64,000 nucleotides of DNA from Acidobacteriaceae bacterium (GCA_965276705.1 OZ255621.1:3808110-3872109), one strand, 5' to 3'. Shown: positions 19,742 to 29,930, counted from the first letter of the stretch. The notes: generated by a model not told the origin, from the letters alone. Numbers and translations are program-made.

Positions 19742-19975
19742 GAACGGCAGAGGCGTACACGCAGCTCCGTTGAGTCTCTTGATCGCGTCTGTCGATCGTG
19801 CTCGAGCCCTGCAGGCAGGGTAGCAGGCCGCAACGCAGCACTCTGTCGCAGCCTCTCTGTTAGACCGCTCGAGTGCGCATAGGGTTGCGGCGCGGTTGGC
19901 GGGTTGCGTATAGTTCGCTCAGAACGGGAAACCCGCAGAGATCGCGGTATGAAACCTTTCGGGAGTGACTGAGAT

Positions 19976-20344
19976 ATGGCGAATGAGTCCGGCGCAGCGG
20001 TAATTGGCAAGTCAGTCCAGATCCGCGGCGAAGTGAATGGCAGCGAAGATTTGGTAGTGGACGGTGTGGTTGAGGGTACGATCACGCTGAACGACAGCAA
20101 GCTGACCATTGGGCAAAACGCCAAGGTGGCTGCGAATGTCACGGCGAGGGATGTGATCGTCGTGGGCACCCTCCAGGGAGATGTGCGCGCCTCGGGCAAG
20201 GTCGAGCTGCGGCAGGGTTCCTCACTGACAGGAGACCTGACGGCCGGTCGTCTGTCGATCGAAGAGAATGCAAACTTCAAGGGCAAGGTGGACCTGGTGC
20301 AGGGCACCGGGCCGAAGAACCCGCAGGCAACGCCAAATAGTTAG
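19976..20344 (+). CDS. Bactofilin (polymer-forming cytoskeletal protein, DUF583)
   Basis: Beta-helical repeat pattern VIGKSVQIRGEVNGSEDLVVDGVVEGTITL..KVAANVTARDVIVVGTLQGDVRASGKVELRQGSSLTGDLTAGRLSIEENANFKGKV. 122 aa. Confidence 0.85.
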   Translation: MANESGAAVIGKSVQIRGEVNGSEDLVVDGVVEGTITLNDSKLTIGQNAKVAANVTARDVIVVGTLQGDVRASGKVELRQGSSLTGDLTAGRLSIEENANFKGKVDLVQGTGPKNPQATPNS

Positions 20345-20400
20345 ATGTAGCCGGCATTGCGGATACCTGAAGAAGCCGGCGCGGGAGACGCCAACCACAC

Positions 20401-21054
20401 GTGTTCAAAAATCCATTCCAGCGGTCCCGGGACGATACCCAGTCAGCCACGCCGACAGTGCTGACCGGGCCGCGTATTGCGCGCCACTCCAGCGGCTGGG
20501 CTGCCTTGCGGAAACAACTGCTGACCGAGAATGGCCTGCGCATCCTGGACATCGGTCCCACCTCCCCGACCAACATCAATCTGCTCACCAATGCCGGGCA
20601 CAGCGTCTACATGGCGGATCTGGTGCCGGACGCGCAACGCCCGGAATGGATGAAGAAGCCGGATGAGGGGGGAGATCCGGTCTTCGACGTCGAAGGCTTC
20701 CTCGAACATAATCTCGATTTCTCCGGCCGCGAGTTCGACGCGGTACTGCTGTGGACCACGCTCGACTACATGCCGGACGCGCTGGTGCAGCCCACCGTCG
20801 ACCGCTTGCGCTCTTCGATGAAGCCCGGCGGCAAGGTGCTGGCGCTCTTTCACAATAAGCAGACCGGCGAGAACACAGCGTACTGCCGGTATCACATCAG
20901 CGAGACGGACACCATCGACGTGCAGGAGAGCGTGCCGATTCCACTTCGACGCGCGTTCACCAACCGCAATATCGAAAAGACCTTCGAACGCTATAACGGC
21001 TGCAAGTTCTTTCTCGCCAAAGACAATCTCTACGAAGTCATCATCACTCGCTAG
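20401..21054 (+). CDS. Class I SAM-dependent methyltransferase-like protein
   Basis: Motif-I-like LRILDIGPTSPTN and post-I acidic YMADL. GREFDAVLLWTTLDYM and GGKVLALF match the methyltransferase fold. GTG start. Confidence 0.6.
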   Translation: MFKNPFQRSRDDTQSATPTVLTGPRIARHSSGWAALRKQLLTENGLRILDIGPTSPTNINLLTNAGHSVYMADLVPDAQRPEWMKKPDEGGDPVFDVEGFLEHNLDFSGREFDAVLLWTTLDYMPDALVQPTVDRLRSSMKPGGKVLALFHNKQTGENTAYCRYHISETDTIDVQESVPIPLRRAFTNRNIEKTFERYNGCKFFLAKDNLYEVIITR

Positions 21055-21072
21055 TTTCGCGGGATAGTCCGC

Positions 21073-22158
21073 TCAGCGAATCCAGACCGGTTGGGGCGGC
21101 TTGCGCGGCACTCCCAACGCGGCTGCCGGGAAGAGTTGCGCCTTGTCCTCGCGCATCGACGGAGGAATGCCGATATCCCGCGTGAGCAGTGCATCGGAGC
21201 TGCGTTGGCCCAGGCCATGCTTCCTGCAGGCCGCACGCAGGAGCTCGCGGCAGCGCTCGGCATACGCCTTGGGCACGAAGGCCTCGCTCTCGTAGCGTTT
21301 GCGATACATTGCCTCAAGCGCGGGGAAGTGCTCCCGAATGAATGCCAGATAGGTCTCCTTCGAACAGGGCTTCAGGAAGAGCGGGTTTGCGTGCAGGAAG
21401 CAGGCCCGAGCCTGATGCGCCAGCTCGGCCATGCGGTTGAGGGCCGGACCGGTGTCGGTGAGGCCCGGCAGCAGCGGCGAACACAGAATGCCAACGCGCA
21501 GCCCCGCCTCACGCAGGCGACGCACCGTGGTGAAGCGGATATCCGGACGCGGTGCACGCGGCTCAAGCAGTCGGGCTAAGGCTGCGTCCGGCGTAGTGAT
21601 GGTGAGGTGGATGACCAGTTCGTTGGTGGCGGCGATCTGGCACAGCAAACGCAAATCGCGTGCAACCAATGCCGATTTAGTCACGATGCCGATCTGGAGT
21701 CCGCGTTGCTCGGCCAGCACGGCGAGCAGGCTCTGCGTAATGCGCAAGCGCCGTTCGATCGGCTGATAGGGGTCGGTCGCCGTGCCGATCGCGATCTCTT
21801 CGCCCCGTTGGACCTGGCGCAGCTCCTGCCGCAGCAGCCACGCAGCATTGTCCTTCACGAAGATCTGCCGCTCGAAGTCCTCAGGCTGGCGCAGCTCCAT
21901 GAATTCGTGGGTGTACCGCGCGTAGCAGTAGCGGCAGGCGAACTCACAGCCGCGGTACGGGTTGATGCTCCAGGCGAAGCGCAGTCCGCGGCGGGATGTG
22001 GTGCGGTTGAGGATGGATCGCACCGCCAGCGACCGGAATTCGGTAAGGTGCCCCTGATCGACGGCGGGCGCAGCGGCTGCCATGCGGGCAATGCCCGCCG
22101 GCTGGACTGGCGGCAGTTCGGGAAAGAGGGGGAGCGACACGCCCTGCATATTCGCCAT
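21073..22158 (-). CDS. Radical SAM protein, SplB/PA0069-like (COG1533 type)
   Basis: INPYRGCEFACRYCYARY CxxxCxxC motif about 75 aa from the N-terminus. 361 aa. Confidence 0.8.
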   Translation of the reverse strand: MANMQGVSLPLFPELPPVQPAGIARMAAAAPAVDQGHLTEFRSLAVRSILNRTTSRRGLRFAWSINPYRGCEFACRYCYARYTHEFMELRQPEDFERQIFVKDNAAWLLRQELRQVQRGEEIAIGTATDPYQPIERRLRITQSLLAVLAEQRGLQIGIVTKSALVARDLRLLCQIAATNELVIHLTITTPDAALARLLEPRAPRPDIRFTTVRRLREAGLRVGILCSPLLPGLTDTGPALNRMAELAHQARACFLHANPLFLKPCSKETYLAFIREHFPALEAMYRKRYESEAFVPKAYAERCRELLRAACRKHGLGQRSSDALLTRDIGIPPSMREDKAQLFPAAALGVPRKPPQPVWIR

Positions 22159-22264
22159 TTGTTCGCCTCAAGAATGAGCATACTCGCGCTGCTAGGCGAG
22201 GTCAATCTCCGGCTTTGGGTAGGCGCAGCTCAAGGAGCAAAGCTGGCTGATAGAGTGGGCTGGC

Positions 22265-23494
22265 ATGCGATTCTCCGCACTCTCCTTACTCCTTCTTGCA
22301 TGTCTGGCGATCACAGCAGTCCCCAATCGGCTACCAGCCAAACCTGCCCCGTCTCCATCCCCTTACAGTGCGTGGATGATCGGCCCGTTCACGCGCCCGG
22401 CCGATGCGCAGCCCATTCTCACCGCGCGGCCCGCTTCCGTCTTCACGGATCCCGTGCTCGGTCAGCCGGTGCATTGGGAGGCGCTGCATACCTTCAATCC
22501 CGCTGCGATCGTTCGCGATGGCAAGGTTTACGTGCTCTACCGTGCGGAGGACGATAGCGGCACCATGCAGATCGGGATGCATACCTCGCGGCTTGGGCTC
22601 GCGGTGAGTGACGACGGGCTGCACTTCGAACGTGAGGGTGCGCCGGTCTTCTACCCGGCGAAGGACAGTGAGCGGGCGCGGGAGTGGCCCGGCGGCACCG
22701 AAGATCCGCGCTTGGTCGAGTCACCGGACGGAAGCTACGTCCTCACCTACACGCAGTGGAACCGCCGCACCTATCGCGTCGGCATCGCTACCTCGCGCGA
22801 TCTGCATACTTGGGTCAAACATGGACCTGCCTTCGGGATGGGCGCCTATGCGGGGCTCAAGTACAAGTCGGCTGGAATTGTCACCGAATGTCTGACAAAA
22901 GGACGATGCATCGCCACCCGCATCGATGGTCACTACTGGATGTACTGGGGTGAAGGCGAGATTCATCTGGCGACATCGGACAACCTGATTGACTGGACGC
23001 CGGTCGTTGGCACTCATGGCCAGCCGAAGGTGTTGCTGCGCGCGCGTCCGGGACGCTTCGACAGCGGATTGCCGGAGGTGGGGCCGCCGCCGGTGCTGAC
23101 GAAGCGCGGCATCGTTCTTGTCTATAACGGGAAAAACGCCAACGGGAAAAACGCCGCAGGCGCTACTGACAAGAATGCCGCGGGCGCGCATAGGAAGAAC
23201 GCTGCAGGTGACGATCGCGATCCGGAGATTGCGCCGGGTGCGTATTCCGTAGGCCAGGCGCTCTTTGCGGAGCACAATCCGGCAAAGCTGCTGGCGAGGA
23301 CGAACAAACCTTTCTTCAAGCCGGAGCTGCCTTGGGAGCAGAGCGGTCAGTATGCGGCGGGCACCACATTCGCCGAAGGGCTCGTTTGGTTCCGGGAGCG
23401 TTGGTTCCTGTACTACGGCTGTGCGGATTCGCGCGTCGGCGTGGCGATGACGCCGCAGGCGACGGCAGCCGCCTCGACAAGCCACAGTCGATAG
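22265..23494 (+). CDS. Glycoside hydrolase family 130-like protein (secreted), with a low-complexity insertion
   Basis: Signal peptide MRFSALSLLLLACLAITAVP. GH130-type blocks HTFNPAAIVRDGKVYVLYRAED, SRLGLAVSDDGLHFER, GGTEDPRLVESPDGSYVLTYTQW, YSVGQALF, FLYYGCADSRVGVA. Confidence 0.8.
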   Translation: MRFSALSLLLLACLAITAVPNRLPAKPAPSPSPYSAWMIGPFTRPADAQPILTARPASVFTDPVLGQPVHWEALHTFNPAAIVRDGKVYVLYRAEDDSGTMQIGMHTSRLGLAVSDDGLHFEREGAPVFYPAKDSERAREWPGGTEDPRLVESPDGSYVLTYTQWNRRTYRVGIATSRDLHTWVKHGPAFGMGAYAGLKYKSAGIVTECLTKGRCIATRIDGHYWMYWGEGEIHLATSDNLIDWTPVVGTHGQPKVLLRARPGRFDSGLPEVGPPPVLTKRGIVLVYNGKNANGKNAAGATDKNAAGAHRKNAAGDDRDPEIAPGAYSVGQALFAEHNPAKLLARTNKPFFKPELPWEQSGQYAAGTTFAEGLVWFRERWFLYYGCADSRVGVAMTPQATAAASTSHSR

Positions 23495-23504
23495 AATCCT
23501 TAGT

Positions 23505-24230
23505 ATGCAATCACTGGAAGGGAAGACCGCACTGGTGACCGGTGCGGCGAAGCGAATCGGACGCAGCCTGGCGCTTGCGCTGGCTCGTCAGGGTGCCGAT
23601 GTCGCCATCACATACCGCAACTCGGAGACGGAGGCACAGGCCACCGTCGATGCAATCGGTGAATTCGGTGTGCGCGCCGCGGCAGTGCACTGCGATGTCG
23701 CCGATCCGAATAGCTCCCGAAAGGCCGTCGACGCAGCATTGGGAGAGCTTGGCAGGCTCGATCTACTGGTGAACAATGCCGGCGTCTTCGAGACGCAGCC
23801 GCTCGAGTCGATTACAGTCGAACACTGGGACACGATGCTGAACACGAATACACGTGGTCCCTTCCTGATGGCGCAGGCCGCGCATGCCGAACTGAAGCAC
23901 AGGCACGGGCGGATCGTGAATATCGGCTCACTGGGTGGCCTGCACCCCTGGGCAACGCATGGACACTACTGCGTGTCGAAGGCAGCGCTCCACATGCTGA
24001 CGCAGACGATGGCCAAGGCCTGGGCGCCGGAGATCAGCGTGAACTGCATCGCGCCGGGCATGATCGTGAACGGGGAAGTCGACGCGGCGTACGAACACTT
24101 TGTGGAGAAGACGCCGATGCGTCGCAACGGCACTCCGGAGGATGTGGCCGCGGCGCTGCTGTTCTTTGCTGCCGGACCGCGATTCATCACCGGTCAGATA
24201 TTGAGCGTGGACGGAGGGTTGGGACTCTGA
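23505..24230 (+). CDS. SDR-family oxidoreductase (pteridine-reductase-like)
   Basis: TGAAKRIGRSLALALARQG (TGxxxxxG), NNAG, catalytic YCVSKAAL (YxxxK). 241 aa. Confidence 0.9.
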   Translation: MQSLEGKTALVTGAAKRIGRSLALALARQGADVAITYRNSETEAQATVDAIGEFGVRAAAVHCDVADPNSSRKAVDAALGELGRLDLLVNNAGVFETQPLESITVEHWDTMLNTNTRGPFLMAQAAHAELKHRHGRIVNIGSLGGLHPWATHGHYCVSKAALHMLTQTMAKAWAPEISVNCIAPGMIVNGEVDAAYEHFVEKTPMRRNGTPEDVAAALLFFAAGPRFITGQILSVDGGLGL

Positions 24231-24281
24231 ACTGAACCACCGCGGTGCAATCTCCGCGATCCTTCCTTTGACCCTGTCCAA

Positions 24282-25556
24282 TTAGAGTGAATTTGCTCGA
24301 ATCGTCTCCAAGACCTCCTGCCGCTGCCGCCGGGCCCGCCAATATTGTCCCGTGAGTCTGTGGCGCCATCCCGGCTGCTGATTCACAAAGGAGCGGACCA
24401 GCGCCGGCGATTCCCAGGGGACATCGTGATATGCGTTCTGCATCATCGGACTAGCCGGGTCACGCTGCCACTCTTGCGGAAAGAGTGCGATGACTTCTGC
24501 TGTCGTCATCGTTGGACGAGCTCGCAACGGAGTGTCCGTGACGGCGGCGAAGGCTGCCGCGGCTAGGTCATGACCCGCACCGAGGGCGAAGTGCGCGATC
24601 TGTGTGGCGCGGCTGTTCATCTCGATCAGCCACGGCGCACCGCTCGGCTCGTCAAGTATGAAGTCCAGGCCGTAGAAGCCGGTGAGCTGGAGCCGTGAGG
24701 CGAGACTCTGCGCGGCACGGTCCATAGCGGTGTTTTGAATGAGCTGCACCACTGTAGATGGGCCGTGATCGTAGCGTGTGGCCAGCACCTGCACGCAGAC
24801 ACTCGCGAGCACGTCTCCCTGCCAGCAGAAGATGGCGCTGTTCGCATCCGTACCGGAGATGGCCTGCTGGATGCTGATAGATGGGCGCTGTCGACGCACC
24901 ACGGGTCCAAGCAATGTTGGATCACGATCAATCGCCAGCCGCTTGAGCGCACGCAGCGCGCGTGGAGGCGCGTTGAGGGCACGGAATGCCGACTTCGCTT
25001 CCTCATAGCTGTGGACGGGGCGCACGCCGATGCCGCCGGATGTGCCGTCGGCCTTCAGGTAAGCCGGAAAACCATGCGCCTTCAGCCAGCCATCCAGATC
25101 GTTGGAGGATGCAAGCGGCGCGTTCGCAGGTACGGCCACCCCGGCCTCGGCGGCAACGTTGAGAACGTGAGAGCGGGCGGTAAGGCTGTTCAATCCGTCT
25201 GCCGGGCCCATCGATCGCTCGATGAGGGCGAGCACGCGATGCAGCCGCGTCGTCCTCCGCGCACGCTCCGCAAGCTGTTGGAGACGGAACGTAGCAATGT
25301 CGTCGCAGGGGACGATCATCTGAGCATTGGCGGCGGTGACTGCGGCTTCGAGCGAGGCCAATGGCTCAAAGGCGCCGTAGACATGATGCTGGTAGAAGCG
25401 TTGTGTCAGGAGCAGCGGATGACCGCTCGGGCACCAGATGCTGACGCGGAATCCGGCGGCCTGCAATGCAAGCCCAAGTCGTGCGCCGGTAGGCCAGCGC
25501 TGGGTGGCAAGGAGAAGAATGTGCGGCTTCGAGTGCGACTCCGGCGGTTCACGCAT
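24282..25556 (-). CDS. ATP-grasp domain protein
   Basis: FPAYLKADGTSGGIGVRPV and YGLDFILDEPSGAPWLIEMNSR, the Mg-ATP binding region typical of ATP-grasp ligases. 424 aa. Confidence 0.7.
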   Translation of the reverse strand: MREPPESHSKPHILLLATQRWPTGARLGLALQAAGFRVSIWCPSGHPLLLTQRFYQHHVYGAFEPLASLEAAVTAANAQMIVPCDDIATFRLQQLAERARRTTRLHRVLALIERSMGPADGLNSLTARSHVLNVAAEAGVAVPANAPLASSNDLDGWLKAHGFPAYLKADGTSGGIGVRPVHSYEEAKSAFRALNAPPRALRALKRLAIDRDPTLLGPVVRRQRPSISIQQAISGTDANSAIFCWQGDVLASVCVQVLATRYDHGPSTVVQLIQNTAMDRAAQSLASRLQLTGFYGLDFILDEPSGAPWLIEMNSRATQIAHFALGAGHDLAAAAFAAVTDTPLRARPTMTTAEVIALFPQEWQRDPASPMMQNAYHDVPWESPALVRSFVNQQPGWRHRLTGQYWRARRQRQEVLETIRANSL

Positions 25557-25781
25557 AAGGGCAAATTTGAGGAAACGACAACGAATGAAAAAAGCAAAAT
25601 TCGATGTGGATCTATTTAGCGTAACGTAATGAGAGGATGCTCTGCAGGATGTGATGTGTCCAAGAGATTTCTGTGAATACCGGGTCTTCCGTAACCATGG
25701 AAGTGAACACCCGAGTCACCAGGACGCTGCCGATTTTGGAAGACATTTTCCTACCGCAAGCGGCACACTTGTCTTGCTGTA

Positions 25782-27047
25782 ATGATAGCGAAACGAGGAT
25801 TCCAGTCAGATATGCATCGCACTGAAGTTGCCATTATTGGCGCGGGGCCATATGGGCTTTCCCTGGCCGCGCATTTGCGTCAAGCCGGAGTGCCCTTTCG
25901 CATTGTCGGTCGCGTAATGGAGACCTGGCGAGAGCAGATGCCCGAAGGCATGCTGCTGAAGAGCGATGGCTTTGCCAGCGATCTCTCCGACCCCGCGGGA
26001 ACGTTTCGTTTGCATCACTACTGCTCCCAGAATCAGCTCCCGTATCACGCGACGTCGATTCCCGTGAAGCTTTCCACCTTTGCCGGCTATGGCGCGGAGT
26101 TTCAGCGCCGCATGGTCCCGGGACTTGAAGACGCGAAGCTGGTGGAATTGCAGCGGGGCGACGGCGACTTTGTTCTCAAGCTGGACAACGGCGATTCCTT
26201 CACCGCACATAAGGTCGTGCTCGCGGTCGGGATCTCCAACTACGCCTATGTGCCGCCTGTCCTGAGCGGACTGGCGTCGCCCGCGCTCCTGCACTCATCG
26301 CAGGTAGTGCAACCCTCACAGTTCTCCGGCAAGCGTGTTGTTGTCGTCGGCAGCGGTGCCTCCGCCATCGACCTGGCTGCGCTGCTTCATGAGGCCGGGG
26401 CGGAAACCACGATCGCTGCTCGTCGTAACCAGTTGAGCTTCCACTCCGGACCACGCGAGCATGGCCGCACACTTCTGGAAAAGCTGCGCAAACCCGGCTC
26501 CGGCATCGGACCTGGTTGGAAGCTGCGGCTGCTGACGGCATTCCCGCATCTGTTCCGCTTCCTGCCGAGCAAGCTCCGGCTACGGGCGCTGCGCAGAATG
26601 TTGGGTCCATCGGCGGGCTGGCCCATGCGCGAGCGTGTCGAAGGCAAGCTGAGGGTACTTTGCGGTGTCACGCCGCGCGCCGCCCAGATGCGTGGGGATC
26701 GCGTGCTGCTGTCTCTGGCCGCAGCCGACGGCTCGCTGGAGCAAATGGAGGTGGATCACGTCATCGCGTCCACCGGGTATCACATCGATCTGCGTCGCCT
26801 GCCCTTCCTGGACCCACAACTCCGCCGGCAGATCCGTTCCATCGAGAATATGCCGGTGCTCTCCGGTCACTTTGAGAGCACCGTGCCGGGGTTGTACTTC
26901 GTGGGTCTTTCGTCCGCGCTGACCTTCGGTCCGGTGATGCGTTTCGCCTTCGGCTCGGCCTACACGGCGCGCCGTCTGGAAAAGCATCTGCTGCGGCAGA
27001 CTGCGCGCCGGGCGTACTACGAAGAGCGGGCGACAGCGACGGCATAG
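25782..27047 (+). CDS. FAD/NAD(P)-binding flavoprotein monooxygenase-like oxidoreductase
   Basis: Two dinucleotide motifs, VAIIGAGPYGLSLA and VVVVGSGASAIDLA, arranged as in class B/N-hydroxylating flavin monooxygenases. An alternative start at ATG 25812 (MHRTEV) is possible. Confidence 0.75.
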   Translation: MIAKRGFQSDMHRTEVAIIGAGPYGLSLAAHLRQAGVPFRIVGRVMETWREQMPEGMLLKSDGFASDLSDPAGTFRLHHYCSQNQLPYHATSIPVKLSTFAGYGAEFQRRMVPGLEDAKLVELQRGDGDFVLKLDNGDSFTAHKVVLAVGISNYAYVPPVLSGLASPALLHSSQVVQPSQFSGKRVVVVGSGASAIDLAALLHEAGAETTIAARRNQLSFHSGPREHGRTLLEKLRKPGSGIGPGWKLRLLTAFPHLFRFLPSKLRLRALRRMLGPSAGWPMRERVEGKLRVLCGVTPRAAQMRGDRVLLSLAAADGSLEQMEVDHVIASTGYHIDLRRLPFLDPQLRRQIRSIENMPVLSGHFESTVPGLYFVGLSSALTFGPVMRFAFGSAYTARRLEKHLLRQTARRAYYEERATATA

Positions 27048-27071
27048 AACAAGTTTCGAACGCGTGAACAC

Positions 27072-27098
27072 TGGGGAACCTTCGGGTTCCCCTTTTTT
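27072..27098 (+). terminator. Rho-independent terminator
   Basis: GGGGAACC-ttcg-GGTTCCCC followed by TTTTTTT, 25 nt after the stop at 27047. Confidence 0.85.
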
Positions 27099-27160
27099 TG
27101 CTTCGCTTCGCGCAATGGAGAAGGGCCGACATTTTGTCGGCCCTCTCGGCTATTTTTATG

Positions 27161-28066
27161 CTAACTATGTTTCGGTTTCACAATCCGCTTGGTGCGATGT
27201 GCTGCCTCGATCACCATGCGCTTGGTAAAGTCGAGCGCTGCCGACCGGCCGGGCGGCGTCGGATTGAGCCCCATCTTCCGCAGAAAGTAGTTGGCTTGGT
27301 AGACATTCTTGCGTGTCCAGTCCTTGTACTGGTAGCTGATGCTGAACGAGACGGAGACATTGTCGGAGTTCTGCAGCCAGTGCGGAAAATTCACCGGGAT
27401 ATGCACCCCGGTGCCAGGCCGCATGATGGTCTGGAAGGCGCGGTCCTGGTAGTGCGGCTTGTAGACGCCGGCGTTATTGTCCTTGGACCAATAGGTCTCC
27501 AGCTCCTGATCGGGCACGACATCCTTATCGTTGCGGTCGAAGACGCTGATGGTCTTGTTGCCCGTGACCTGCATGAGGAAGTTGCATTCACGATCAATGT
27601 GGTACGGCGTCACGCGATTGGGAGAGGTGATGAACAAGATGGCCTCGCGGCTCTTCTCGTCGGCATTCACGGCGCGCCCGCTCAACTTCCGGACCTCTGC
27701 GAGACATTCGTCGAGGATTTCCCGGTACGCGGGTACGCGATGCACGAAGCGCATCATGATCCAACCGCCGGAGCTGCCGATATTGTCCAGAACCTCTTCG
27801 ATGGGCGGCTTGATCTTCGAGATCGTCTCCCACCGCTGATCGACACGGATGTTGCCGGCATCATAAACAATTGAGTTCTTCACATCAGGCACATCGAGCA
27901 GGCGCCGTATAGCGGCCAGATTAAAGAGCGGATGGCTGTCGGTCAGACCGTGATGGAACTCAAATGGCTTGGAATCGAAGCTGGCTTTGAAACTCTCGCT
28001 GGACCCGGTATGCGTCGGTTGGAAGATGGAGCCAGCGCCCAAGGGGACTGCGGTTGTGGTCGCCAT
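27161..28066 (-). CDS. JmjC/cupin-like 2-oxoglutarate/Fe(II) oxygenase-like protein
   Basis: GGWIMMRFVHRVPAYREILD and ILFITSPNRVTPYHIDRECNFLMQVTGNKTISVF (HxD facial-triad-like motif). The ATG at 28066 has a GGAGG 7 nt upstream. The track start (GTG 28096) lies inside a tandem repeat. Confidence 0.6.
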   Translation of the reverse strand: MATTTAVPLGAGSIFQPTHTGSSESFKASFDSKPFEFHHGLTDSHPLFNLAAIRRLLDVPDVKNSIVYDAGNIRVDQRWETISKIKPPIEEVLDNIGSSGGWIMMRFVHRVPAYREILDECLAEVRKLSGRAVNADEKSREAILFITSPNRVTPYHIDRECNFLMQVTGNKTISVFDRNDKDVVPDQELETYWSKDNNAGVYKPHYQDRAFQTIMRPGTGVHIPVNFPHWLQNSDNVSVSFSISYQYKDWTRKNVYQANYFLRKMGLNPTPPGRSAALDFTKRMVIEAAHRTKRIVKPKHS

Positions 28067-28082
28067 AGAAAGGCCTCCTATG

Positions 28083-28114
28083 TAGCCATGATGCACTTAT
28101 AGCCATGATGCACT
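28083..28114. repeat. Perfect 15-nt direct repeat (17-bp period) in the leader of the JmjC-like gene
   Basis: TAGCCATGATGCACT at 28083-28097 and again at 28100-28114, immediately upstream (minus-strand sense) of the GGAGG RBS. Confidence 0.8.
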
Positions 28115-28251
28115 GTTTTTCGAAGTATGTGGGGCCTCGGATGAATTACGGCATCGTCTATCCGTACCGTATTGACTGACCGTTGGTAACATCTAGTCAC
28201 AGCAAGGACCGGGATCAGACCGACACGAGCGGCCTAGACTGAGGATGCGGA

Positions 28252-29289
28252 ATGATGACCGATCCAATCACGCATGCCACGACGCCGGAGTTGCCGCGTA
28301 TTGCTGTTGTCGTGATCGGTCGTAACGAGGCGGCGCATCTCTCTGCCTGCCTGGCCAGCGTGACATCGATGGACTACCCCGCCGAGTTGGTAGAGATCCT
28401 CTACGTCGATTCCGCCTCGACGGATGGCTCTCCGGAGCTTGCGGAGAAGGCCGGGGCGCAGGCGATCCGGCTGACCGGCACGCCGATGAATGCAGCGCGC
28501 GGGCGCAACGCCGGCTGGCAGGCGGCGCGTGCCCCGTACATCATGTTTCTGGACGGCGACGTCACGCTGGAGGCGCACTTTGTCCGCCGCAGCCTGGAAC
28601 AGTTTCGTGACGACCCGCACGTCGTTTGCGTATGGGGCGTGTTGCGCGAGGTGCATCCGGACGCCTCGATCTACAATCGCGTCTTCGACCTCGACTGGAT
28701 CCAGGCCCCTGGCGACACCGAGACCTTCGGTGGCATCGCTCTGGTGCGGCGCGATGCCCTGGCCATGGTCGGCGGCTATAACGAGACACTGGGCGCGGGC
28801 GAGGAGCCGGAATTGAGCAGGCGACTGCGCAGCCATGGAGGGCGCATCGTGCATACCAATGAGCCGATGGCTCTGCACGATCTTGCTATGACCCGTTGGC
28901 AGCAGTACTGGCGTCGTATGGTACGCACCGGCCACGCTTACGCGCAGGTCTCCCGCATGTACGAGAAGACGGCCGACCCGCTCTGGCTGCGCCAGTCGCG
29001 CGGCAACCGGACCCGCGGTCTCATCTTTCTGGCATTCCCCGTGGTTGTGCTGCTGGCGTGTGCCGTTCTGGGCTCGCTTTGGCCGCTTCTACCTGCTGTC
29101 GTCGCGGTAGCCGCATTGGTGCTGCGCACGGCGTGGCGCGCACGGCATCGCGCGTCTTCCCGGACGACGCTATTACTTTTCGGCATTCATTCGCATTTCC
29201 AGCAGATCCCTATTCTGCTGGGGCAGTGGCGCTACTGGCGGAGCGCGTCGAAGCGTCAGACAGGATCGCAGTTTTCATCCGAAGCATAG
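28252..29289 (+). CDS. Glycosyltransferase family 2 with C-terminal membrane segments
   Basis: [50 protein letters not shown] (DxD), GAGEEPEL. Hydrophobic C-terminus ([35 protein letters not shown]). Confidence 0.85.
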   Translation: MMTDPITHATTPELPRIAVVVIGRNEAAHLSACLASVTSMDYPAELVEILYVDSASTDGSPELAEKAGAQAIRLTGTPMNAARGRNAGWQAARAPYIMFLDGDVTLEAHFVRRSLEQFRDDPHVVCVWGVLREVHPDASIYNRVFDLDWIQAPGDTETFGGIALVRRDALAMVGGYNETLGAGEEPELSRRLRSHGGRIVHTNEPMALHDLAMTRWQQYWRRMVRTGHAYAQVSRMYEKTADPLWLRQSRGNRTRGLIFLAFPVVVLLACAVLGSLWPLLPAVVAVAALVLRTAWRARHRASSRTTLLLFGIHSHFQQIPILLGQWRYWRSASKRQTGSQFSSEA

Positions 29290-29909
29290 TTGTGGAGTGG
29301 TTTTGGCACGAAGTGTCGAAGTCGCGAGGGGATAGGCCGCGCCGGAACTCCGGCGACGGTAGCTCCGGCCGGCACATCGTGGGTGACCACGGCGTTGGCT
29401 CCAATTGTCGCTCCGTCTCCGATGATGACGCCTGCAAGTAAGACGGCGCCGCGGCCGATCCATACGTCGTGACCGATGACGATTGGGCTTGCTGCATGTC
29501 CGGAATACCGCAGCGAACCGTTTGGCGTGCGGATGTGGTTCGCATCCCGCAGACTCACGAATTCGCCAATGAGCGTGCCCTCTCCGATGGTGATTCCCGC
29601 CATCGCGACGATGTGTACGGCGGTAGATAATACGCAACCGGATCCGATACGAATCAGCCCCTGGCCCTGGGTCTCGAGGTAAACGTGCGGGTAGAGCATG
29701 ACGTGGTGGCCGATGGTAACAGTACCGCTACGCCGAGCCGTGCCATGCACCTGTGTCGGGCCGAGCACCTGAGTGGACGCCGGTATGCGGGTGCCGAGCT
29801 CAGCCGCCAGCCGCGCATGCGCAGTGAGGTTATGCCATCGGCGACGCATCTCCGCAGTGATGCCGTAGTAGACCATAAAGGGGGGCAGCAGCACGTCTTT
29901 CAAACGCAT
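29256..29909 (-). CDS. Hexapeptide-repeat (LbH) acyl/acetyltransferase
   Basis: Left-handed beta-helix repeats [49 protein letters not shown]. Confidence 0.85.
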   Translation of the reverse strand: MRLKDVLLPPFMVYYGITAEMRRRWHNLTAHARLAAELGTRIPASTQVLGPTQVHGTARRSGTVTIGHHVMLYPHVYLETQGQGLIRIGSGCVLSTAVHIVAMAGITIGEGTLIGEFVSLRDANHIRTPNGSLRYSGHAASPIVIGHDVWIGRGAVLLAGVIIGDGATIGANAVVTHDVPAGATVAGVPARPIPSRLRHFVPKPLHNYASDENCDPV

Positions 29910-29930
29910 CGGGCCACGCTCCTCGGGATG

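Noticed and set aside
19657-20307. A 216-aa minus-strand ORF overlapping the bactofilin gene.
   Set aside because: It is antisense to a gene with a clear bactofilin repeat signature. It is Ser/Pro/Thr-rich low-complexity sequence.
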